From Selaginella moellendorffii (Eukaryota > Plantae > Lycopodiophyta): DNA of 64,000 bases. This document shows positions 24,861-34,719 of this stretch, piece after piece. The number at the start of each line of letters is the position of its first letter. The first letter of the stretch is position 1. The position numbers and the translations under genes are program-made. The stretch covers positions 360,833-424,832 of the forward strand of contig NW_003314281.1 in the NCBI RefSeq assembly GCF_000143415.4. The letters are read 5' to 3'. Under the pieces are notes generated by a model, which was given only the letters and a program-made list of their open reading frames with translations, ran no database searches and was not told where the DNA came from.

Positions 24861-27800
24861 CTTTCTTTCGGGAGTATCATCAAGGGGTTCACTCGGCACC
24901 GGTTCATCCAGTGTTTACTTTCCAAGCTCGTTTTTATAACAAGAGGTCTCCTATTCTTCTCTCCGTGTTGGTTGATACAGGTTCGAGTTTATCTTCTATT
25001 GCTCGACCTGTTGCCACACGTTGTCGTCTACACTTGCGTCGTGCGGCGGATCCAGTTTTCATTCTTTATGGCAACGGCCGTACACATGCATGTGCACGAG
25101 ATGAGGCGGACCTGGTTGTGCGTGTGGGCGATCTCGAGCTTGAGTTGCAGTCGTTGCGGGTGGTGCCGAGTCAAGCTTTTGACCTCATTCTTGGTATGGA
25201 TTGGTTGCAGCACAATCATGCCAAGTGTGACTTTGAGGCTTTTCCCCCTTGTCTCATACTTCCTTATGTTTCATCCATTCCTCTCACTTCTGTACCTCTT
25301 CGTCCCTCTACTTCTACCTCTGCTTCCATTACTTTTGTTCCCCCATTATTTCCTCTTGTGTTTCCATCTTGTTCTGCTCTTCCCTTTTCCGATCCCTCCG
25401 ATGATCTTTGTGTTGCAGCTGTTGATCAGCTCATGAAGGAGTATTCTGATCTCTTTGAATTTGACCTATCGTCTGGGGCCAAGATTGCCACACGTCATCC
25501 CATTCCAACTGGGGATGCTCGTCCAATCAAGGTTCCTGTTCGTCGTCGGTCACCCAAGGAGATCAAGATTTTACGTGCAAACGTCAAGGAGATGTTGGAG
25601 AAGGGTGTTATTCGGAAGTCGCGGAGTCCTTGGGCATGTGAACCTCATCTTGTGACGAAGCCTGATGGGAGTATTCGTTTCTGCATCGACTATCGTCCGT
25701 TAAATGAAGTGACGATCCCGGACGTGTACCCTCTTCCTCACACTGCTGATCTCTTGGATCGTCTGGGGCGAAGTCGTTGGTTCACCAAGCTAGATCTTGC
25801 TTCTGGGTATTGGCAAGTACCGATGGCTGAAGACGATATTCCTAAGACTGCTTTTCGTACACCATTTGGTTTGTACGAGTTTTTGGTGATGCCGTTTGGT
25901 TTGAACAATGCTCCAGCAACTTTTCAGCGAATGATGGACGAGGTTCTTTGCGATATGCCAGAGGTGACGGCTGACTTCATTGATGATGTCTTGATCCACT
26001 CGGAGGGGACGTGGGAGGAGCATGTTCGTGATGTTTGTAAAGTGTTGGATCGGCTACGCGATGTTGGTTTAAAGCTGAAGCGGTCGAAGTGCGTGTTTGG
26101 GTCCAAGGACACAACTTATCTTGGGTACCGTATTTCTCGTGAGGGTTTGCAAGTTGATCCTGACAAACTTGTGGCTGTTCTAAAGTTCCCTACTCCGAAG
26201 TGTGTGAATGATGTGGAGCGCTTTTTGGGTAAGGTGCAGTATCTTGGTCGTTTTGTGGATCATCTTTCCGATCGCACTTTACCATTGCGAGCGTTGCTGA
26301 AGTCATTAACGTCATCTTTCATCTGGTCTCCCGATTGTGAGCGGGCGTTCGTGAATCTCAAAGAGCTATTGACGACTCCTCCGGTTTTGGCATATCCTGA
26401 CTACACTCGACCTTTTATTTTGCGCGTGGATGCTTCTGACATTGGTCTTGGAGGTGTGTTGATGTAAGAGAGCTCGAGTGTGCCTGGTCAGCGCCATCCC
26501 ATTGCATACATAAGCCGTACATTACAACCAGCGGAGATGAACTACTCCACGACGGAGAAGGAGTGTTTAGCAGCAGTCTGGGGTTTCGAGAAACTTCATG
26601 CCTATCTACATGGTTCTCGGACGTTACTTGAAGGTGACCATGCTGCTGTTACTTCATTATTGAAGCGGAAGAACCTGGTTGGTCGTACGGCTCGATGGGC
26701 TTTGAAGCTTCAGATATATGATTTCGATGTTGTTCATCGCCCAGGGAGTTCTATGGCTGATGCTGATGCCCTTTCTCGAGCTCCTCTTCCTTCTCCACTC
26801 ACTTCTCATGTTTCTGATAAACCTGTTGTTCCAGCATCTGTGGATTTTCTAGATGAGGATTCTGTGCCGTCGGCGGTTGCTGTCCTTGACGTTCAGTGTC
26901 CACAGGGCGTAGAGCAAGATCTACCTTTTCTGGATGAGGTTCGCGAGGCTCAAAAGATTGAGCCGTGGATTCGAAGGCTTCGAGATGGGTTTGAGAATCC
27001 TGCATCACTTGCTGATGACTTGCCTTTTCGGCATTTACATTCTCAATATCGCCTTGAAGATGGCCTTCTTTATTTTGTGGGGACGGATCCTGATGCTCAT
27101 TTACGGCTGGTGGTGCCTTCGGTGTTTATTCCGCGGTTTCTCCATGCCTACCATGATTCTCCTATTCTAGGTGGGCATATGGGACACCGTCGTGTCACCG
27201 AGAAGTTGCGCAGATCTTTCTATTGGCCAGAGATGCGACGTGATATTATCCGGTATGTGCGTAGCTGCATTTGGTGCCAAGCTCGTAATACTCCCCCTTG
27301 TGCTGCGGAAGGACGGTTGGAGTCAATTGCAGTTTCTCGTCCGTTTGAGTTGGTGGCGTTTGATCTTATGGGACCTTTTCTGCGATCGACTGCTGGCAAT
27401 GAGTATGTTATTATTGCTTCTGACTACTTGACTCGTTGGGTGGAAGTTGGTGCTCTTGCTAATGCCTCTGCAACTGCTGTTGGATACTTCCTCCTCAATC
27501 GAGTGGTGTTCCAGCATTCTTGTCCAAAACGGATTCTTTCGGATAATGGTCCTGCATTTATGGCTGAGGTATTTCATGTTTTGACATCTCGGTTGGGGAT
27601 ACGCCACACTTTTACGAGTGCTTATCATCCACAATCAGACGGTCTGGTGGAACGGCTCGTTCGGACATTCAAAGGGATGATTGCGAAGTATGTGAACTTT
27701 CAACATTCGGATTGGGATGGTTATTTGCCGTCTCTTCGGTATGCTTATGTCACAGGGGTGCAGAGTTCTGTTGGTGCTTCACCATATAAACTTCTATATG

Positions 27801-28285
27801 GTCATGATCCAATATTACCAACAGAGCTAGGTTTACCTTCGCGATTGCCACGAGCTCCTGATGCTAGGTCATGGGATCAATATTTGACAAGCATTCTTCC
27901 ACTTGTCCGAGCAGAGTCTGCTGAACACTTAGGCCGCGTACAAGTGGGACAATAACGGCGCTACAATTCCCATCATCGTCCACCAGCGGAGTACAAAGTG
28001 GATGATTTGGTGTTAGTCCGTTTTCCCCATCTTACGGTGCGTGGTTTATCTAAGGGGCTCCTTGCGCAGTGGAAAGGACCGTATCGGGTGTTGCGGCAAG
28101 TTGGACCACAAGTTTATGAGGTTCGGCATGACGTTCAGCAGGCTGATCCTCCGGAGATTGTGCATGTGCAACGGTTAAAACGCTTCATACAGAGGGATCA
28201 GGAGCAGTTAATACCGTCTACAGATCCACCGATGCCTCCTCCTGACGTTCCTCCAGATCCCGGCCCATCTACAAGAGAACCCTGA
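24797..28285 (+). pseudogene. Pol (PR-RT-RNaseH-INT) in the -1 frame relative to gag, interrupted by in-frame stops
   Basis: LVDTG, LILGMDWL, MPFGLNNAPATFQ, FIDDVL, VDAS, H-x6-H...C-x2-C, SDNG, AYHPQSDGLVER and WKGPY. In-frame stops at 24803, 26465 and 27953. Confidence 0.93.
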
Positions 28286-29607
28286 CGGCCTTCCATTATT
28301 CCGAGAGGAGGGGATGATGTGAGGGCCAAGTGTACGGCTACGATGCCGTATACTAATATTAGCGTAGTGGATTTTGGTAGCCGTCGGATTGGTTTCAATC
28401 TGGACCACTCGCTCCTGTATATAAGCTAGGGTTTTTGGGTTAATTGATATGCACATTTCTGTATTCCCTTTCTATATTCCATGCACTCACAATATAATAT
28501 TTACAGTTAAAAAATTAAATTTTTAATATTAAAATCACACTTGAGGTTATTTTTGTGAGTACTGACGTATTTCTGAGCTAGAAAAAGGTGAAAAAGGAAT
28601 AAACTCATTGAAAAAGGTTCCTAGGAAAATTCCGACTATTATAATTGCATAGTCATCTTAGAAATGGTATCTATTATAAAAGAACTAAATTAAAATTTTA
28701 GCATAAAATATTTTATTTTATTTTATTTTATATACTTTTAAGATTATTAATTTTCATTAAAATTTTATTTTAGTATTTTTTATATTGAAGAAGATACAAT
28801 AAATAATAATAAGAAATAGAAAACATATAAAATATTTATATATAAATTTAATTAAGATATCTTTGTATTTTGTTTTAATGCCACTCTCATATTTGGTAAA
28901 ATAATTATTATCTAATTATTTTATATAATACACATATATAAATTTTCTAAAAATATTATATTATATTGATATCAATGGTTATTTTTTTATATTTTATTAA
29001 ACTGCCAAAACAAAAAGATATAGTTGAAAGGATTACAAGTGTCTTGTGTATTGTAAGTATTAAACTATTAGTTATTACACAATATGATACATTACAAAGA
29101 ATTAAAAGCTTGCTATAATATTAAATTATTATTATTATTATTATTAATTAAAAGATTTTTATGTCTTAAATTTATATTATTTGATTTCTATCATGAAATA
29201 TTTATTATTTTCTTCTCTAGGAAAATAATAAGTTCTTAAATAATATATTCTTCCTCAATTATTTAAAATATATTTATTAGTGGCATATGTTAAGCAAAAC
29301 ATATTTAAAGTTTCCTTGGATGATTAAACTTTTGTCATCTAAACAAGATTTAAAAAATTTTACCATCTGGAATGCTTATATAAAATTTCTCCATATTTCT
29401 TTTAAAAATTAATTTAGTTTATTTTTTTGTTTTTAATTAAATAATTAATAATATTAATATTTTAAAAGAAAATTTATTATTATTTTAGCTAAGCTAATTT
29501 ATTAAGGCTAAATCCCTTAACTATGTCATTATAATAAAATAAATTCCAAAAATTATATTAACTAATTTATACTTCACATTACTTAAACCATTATTGTTTA
29601 ATATATT

Positions 29608-30516
29608 ATGAAGCTATTATTAATATGCTTATTTTTTATTAATATCTCTAATGCTGATTTACTCTATGGTCCATTTTATGAGAATGGAAGAGTTCTAAGT
29701 CAATCTCAAATGACAATCTTGTTTAGAGTACTAACAACTACATTTTTAAGATCTATATTACCAATTGATAGTCTGACAAATCCATATACAAGTTTTGATA
29801 GTATCATTCGTGTTCCTAATACTAATAAAAGAATTATTGTAACTCTTTATCTTCATAATGCTGGTATTAATTCTTTTAATCCTGCCCCTGGTGTTGTACA
29901 AATCTATAATAACGGAGCTTTTGACACAATTTTGCATGCTTTTAATTACATGCGAGATGATTTCATTAATAGAGGCTCTATGTATTCAATTTTTGGAATT
30001 GCATCTCCTTATGGAAGGTTTATTTTTCAATACCGGGTTTTAAGAATTCCAATTTCCCATCAGCCACAATTATCGGCAATTTCTATTTCACAACAAGACA
30101 TTTCTTCACCTTTTCAGTATACTCTGTTACCAGGGAATAAATATGATGTTTTTGCAAAGCTTGACAAGAACAGGAAATTAACAAACACTAAGCAGCAGTA
30201 TTTCTTTGTGATGCTAGACAACTGTAATCTTGTTTTAATTATCAAGAAGACAATAGGGTGGAGTTCAAATATAGTAGATATCAGCTTTGATTGTGAGGTG
30301 ATATTGCAACCAGACGGTAATATGGTAATTTACAGTGCATTCCATATAAAATCAGTTTGGTCTACAGTTACTTATTGCGAACCTCTTCCAAATTGTTATG
30401 CAAACTCAGAGTTATTACTCCAGGATGACTGTAATGTAGTTTTATACAGAACTGGTGACCCACAAGAACCTGTATGGGCGACACAAACAAATGGATGTTG
30501 GAGATTTACCTACTAA
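29608..30516 (+). CDS. Secreted protein with a C-terminal bulb-type (GNA) mannose-binding lectin domain
   Basis: Signal peptide, QxDxNxVxY motifs (QPDGNMVIY, QDDCNVVLY), MLDNCNLVL and PVWAT. Intronless, 302 aa. Confidence 0.85.
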   Translation: MKLLLICLFFINISNADLLYGPFYENGRVLSQSQMTILFRVLTTTFLRSILPIDSLTNPYTSFDSIIRVPNTNKRIIVTLYLHNAGINSFNPAPGVVQIYNNGAFDTILHAFNYMRDDFINRGSMYSIFGIASPYGRFIFQYRVLRIPISHQPQLSAISISQQDISSPFQYTLLPGNKYDVFAKLDKNRKLTNTKQQYFFVMLDNCNLVLIIKKTIGWSSNIVDISFDCEVILQPDGNMVIYSAFHIKSVWSTVTYCEPLPNCYANSELLLQDDCNVVLYRTGDPQEPVWATQTNGCWRFTY

Positions 30517-30659
30517 AAATAATGCAAGATTTACCATATATATATATATATATGAATTATGACATTAATTACATGCAATGCAAAGTTTTACTCTCTGGTA
30601 GCATCTTCTCACAAACCCTGTCCTATACCAATATTTATTAGTAAAAGTAATGCCTACGG

Positions 30660-31760
30660 TTTGTTCTTCTAGGAATGCGCGAGCGCTCCCGACATTAGGA
30701 AGACGGGATCGAGGCAAGAGATCCTTGCGCTCCTGATTTTCCCGAGCGAAATCCAGGATCTTCTGTCGATTTCTTCCCGCCACATGCCGGTAAGGCAAGA
30801 GATCTTCCGGCATTTGCAGGCCATACGCATCGTGCCATGCCGCCAGGATTTTGTTTGAATCGATCATCAACAGCCTCGAGGAGCGCCGAAATGGCTACTC
30901 CAGCGCGCGCAAGTGTGAGAGATCCTCGGATTTTGTGGAATGTCTTCCAGATGCTTGCGAGGAGGCTGTTCGTCTTCCAGAGTACCACATGTTTCTTTTA
31001 TCTTTTATTTGTTCATTTCTCTTGACATTTTTGCGGTACAGAGCTGCTCGTCTCCATCAAACGGCAAGTCCAGTGGCGAACTATGTTTGGCAACTTGAGC
31101 TGGTTCAAACGAGAAACAGGGGTTGTCTACCTCATCATTGAAAACATTGATCAGGAACTGGAGTGGTGGACAAAACCTTTTATCCGTTTTGTTCCGGCTT
31201 CCCGGTTTCTCCAGTGCCGTGTTGAAGCCGTTTAGTTGAGCTGTCCCAAGAAGCTGCGAACGTGTGGCTTGATAAGCGTGAAGAGATTTTGTTTCCCTTG
31301 CTTGTCCGGAAGCATTGCTCCCGAGAGCACCAGGAAAGTTATTGGAGTCACCAGGTGGAGGGTCACCAGCGATTTACAATTTTTGATGCCCGCCACGCAG
31401 TGGCTCAAGGAAACAAAGGAGAAGGTGAAGCTCAATTTTTCTTGTCTTCTCTTACGTGTTTCAATTACAGGAGTTCTCTTTCAGCCACGTAAGAAACAAG
31501 TTGGAGAGGCAACTCAAAGGTCCAGGCAGACAAAGCATCTCTTTGGAGAGGCTCCTGACAATATTCTCGTGCATTGCAACCGGCCAGGATTTCCATGACA
31601 ACAAACTGGATGAAGACGCAGGAATCCAATGTTCTAAACGCTTGTACTCCCAATCCACTTGAAGGATCTCCAAAGTTTCGGTGCAATGTGGAGGAGGAAG
31701 CCAATTCCTTCTTTTTGGCTTTGTGGATCGTTAGGAGCATTAATATTGGCCAACAATTGT
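30660..31760 (+). pseudogene. GC-rich gene-like fragment of unknown identity
   Basis: Sharp GC rise within AT-rich DNA, short intron-like segments (gtaag...gcag, gtga...ttcag) and broken reading frames. No recognisable domain. Confidence 0.35.
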
Positions 31761-32749
31761 TAGTAGATCGACGCAGCGATGCAGTGGCCTCCTCTCCGCA
31801 TAGATTTATTTTCTAAATCAATTGTGATCTATATAATTTTACTTGAGTATTATTCAGCTGATTATTATAGTCTTGCTGCAAGTATGTGCCCAACTACAAA
31901 ATTGTAAGCACCATGCTCAAATGTGAAGGATTTCTTAAGTTTTTTTTTCTTTTTGGAAAAGATAAATCAGTTTTCTTTTCTTCACAGCTGATTGGGAAAT
32001 TAATTTGAGAAATGGCAACCATGGGTTTGTAGATCTTGTTGAGATATGTGATTTAACATCAAGAATTCCTGGATTTGATGCAAAAATCAACACATATAAC
32101 TTCCATTTCTTCACAGTGTATATAATAACAACTTTGGAAGCTTAGCATAAATTAGATATACTATCATTTCAACCTTTTTTAGGCTCTTCTGATAGATCTA
32201 CTCATGTGCTTTCTTTGAAGGGTTTGCATGTGAGATTTGAGTCAATTTGAAGTCATTTCGAGTAACTTTTCCCTCACACTTGTTTATTTCAAACATGGGG
32301 AAAAGTTTTTAAACTACTTGTTATTTCTTGAAAAGAATTTTTTAATTTTTTCCTACATGGAGCTATAGTGAAGGTTGAGGGTTTTCTTCCAAGCCCAAGA
32401 GCATGATTTTAAGAGCTCTATAATTTGAGACTTATGATGTTTTTCTCTTGAGGTAAATACTTGCTATGATTGAAAGAATTGAGTGAATTTCTTTGAGTTT
32501 TTCGTAAATGTTACTTTTAGAAAAAGTTTCTACATAGTATTGGGCTTCATTTGCATCCATTTGCATTCTAGGCATTTTCTCAAGTGTCCTAGAGTATGTG
32601 GCAAGTATTTTACCCTCAAAAGCAATTTATTTCTGCTTGGGGTTACTTTCAGACTTATCTTACAATTGAACATTTGTTGCACCTTGCATATTTCATGCCT
32701 ACTCAAATAAGAAGTATAGGAAAGAGGTTAGTTCTTGGTTCCTTCTTGG

Positions 32750-33560
32750 CTCTTTATATTTGCTCCAGGCTTCAATAAGAGCTGAATTATCACACGGCCT
32801 TGTTAGAGAGTGAGGATTCACCATTTGTTACAAATACCAAGTTAGCAGATTCATATAATGCATCTTTGCCTAAATTTTTTTCTCAAATTGCAAATCCACC
32901 ACTTCCAGAGAGGCCAAAAGATGTCCCTAGAGATCTTGAGGACCAACCAATAGCTACAAATAAACAAAGGATAATGCAGCAACTTGCACCACCTCTACCA
33001 TCCATGCCAATGATGCATGTGTTGTAGTGTGGCCTTGAGCTCCCCTTCTTCAAGCCAAGGATAGCATTTTAGTGGAGGATCACCTTGTAGCATTCTTTTC
33101 TTACTGTGTTAGCAACTAGATCATAGATGATATGACTAAGTACTAGGTGTTCACTCAATTGATGCATGGGCATGCATGGCAATAGGTACTTGTGCTAAAG
33201 GCTGCGGAAAAGTGGGACTTTGAGACTCTCCTCAAAATGTTTAGGAGCATGTTCTCTCAGGAGGCACAAGCTTGTCCAAGAATTGTTCTAGTTTCAACAA
33301 GGTGTGAATAAATCCATCTTCAACTATATAACGCAATTCAAGGCTTTTTGGAAGATCTACCGTGACAAGAGAGCAACACAAGAGGAGTCTATTAGAGTGT
33401 CAACATTTATACAAAGCCTTAAGCTCGGGCTCTAGAGGAAAGTTGTCAAGTGCTGGCACTAGTGATGCCACAACACTTATACATATGTTATAAAGCTTGA
33501 ATCGGAGATGTTCTGCAAGCTCTATGTCTCATTCATTGAGAAGCTTGTGAATGAGACATC
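32750..33560 (+). mobile_element. Degraded Ty3/gypsy gag remnant (target of the chromovirus insertion; continues at 40990)
   Basis: Gag-like relic peptides. Sequence continuity across the ACATC target-site duplication. Confidence 0.55.
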
Positions 33561-33649
33561 TGTAAGGAACCGACTCCCCGAGATGTCGTAGGCTAAAGGA
33601 TCCCCAAAAGCTGGACCAAAATGACAAAGAGTTCATCGGATGGGACCAA

Positions 33650-33872
33650 GTCGAGGATCGAGTCCGAGACCGACTCGGAGACCGAGTTCGAGTCCGACTT
33701 CGAGACCGAGTTCGAGACGGAGTCCGGATCCAAAATCGGGTCCGAGACCGAGTCCGAGGTCGAGTCCGAGGTCGGGTCCGAGGTCGGGTCCGAGATCGAG
33801 TCCGTAATCGAGTCCGAACCCGAATCCGAAGTCGGATCCGAAATCGGGTCCGAGATCGAGCCAGAGACTAAG
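33650..33872 (+). repeat. Degenerate CGAGTC/CGAGAC/CGGGTC hexamer array in the LTR (second copy at 39986-40173)
   Basis: Directly visible 6-bp periodicity. Confidence 0.9.
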
Positions 33873-34719
33873 TCCAAATACTAATACGGGTCAAGGGGTG
33901 AAAGCCCAAAGCGTGCGTCTCCCAGGGGGGGGGGGGGCTGCAGGGGGTTCCAAAAGTATAGTAGGGATAGTGAGGTCCAGGAACCAATTTAGAAGGGACT
34001 CTCCAGTTGGGCTTCCAAACCGACTTGAGGTTGGGACTGGGACCGAGGGGCCTTGGGTGGGAGTGAGCACGGACTTGGCTGGTGCCGGAGGGGCCATCCA
34101 AGGAAGTGCTCAAGAGCAGCTCCCACTCCCGAAAGGGAAACCGATTGCGGTGCTCCCGGCTCAGGTGGAGTGGTGCCCCACTTGAGTACCTTGTGGCTCA
34201 TTGGTCCTCGCCCTTCCGGGGGCTTGGGCCTTTCCTTCGGGATGGAAGTGGGGGGTAGAGGTACCCATACCGGGCCGTTAGGCCACGGTGTTTCACCCCG
34301 ACGTCCCGAAGCAAGTGCTGCACCCAAGGCTTGGGATTTAGAGGGTCCCATGATCAAGCCTTGTGGTACCTTGGGGTGTTAGGAATCTAGAGGCTTGGTG
34401 TGCTTGGCTGCTTGTGCCTGCGGGGAGTGTAGCCGAACCTTAAGTCCAGTCTAACCCGGGGAGGGGGATTGGGAGAGATTTGGGAATCCGTAGATGGATG
34501 GCTAACACTCCGTTGCTCGTGCAGTGAGTAGCTGAAACCAAGTAGGAGCTGGTACCATAGGCGAGAACCTTGGCGAGGGAACTTAGCAAAAGCCAAGGCA
34601 GTGTTGGACGGATAGGCGAGGTAAGCTGGCAAAGTGGAAAGGAAAAATTTGTGGCTTACAATTTGGTATCGGAGCCTTCTCCTCAGTTCTAGCGAAGGAT
34701 AGAGGCGGATTGCTGGGAG

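Larger units (their letters stand above)
23482..28491 (+). mobile_element. Young full-length Ty3/gypsy LTR retrotransposon (no chromodomain seen)
   Basis: 174-bp LTRs at 23482-23655 and 28318-28491 (TG...CA, 1 mismatch). ATAT flanks both ends. PBS TGGTGGAGTTGAGGGG resembles tRNA-Ala. PPT GAGAGGAGGGGATGA. Domain order gag-PR-RT-RH-INT. Confidence 0.97.

Noticed and set aside
14870-32000. Single giant cargo transposon (Helitron/CACTA) carrying Gnk2, BK and lectin
   Set aside because: No terminal repeats, Helitron ends, TSD or transposase could be identified.
33650-33872. CRISPR-like or satellite appearance
   Set aside because: No repeat-spacer structure. Eukaryotic LTR-internal minisatellite.
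33593-33884. Ser/Glu- and Ser/Asp-rich ORFs (also 39957-40316)
   Set aside because: By-products of a stop-free hexamer array within LTRs. No independent coding evidence.
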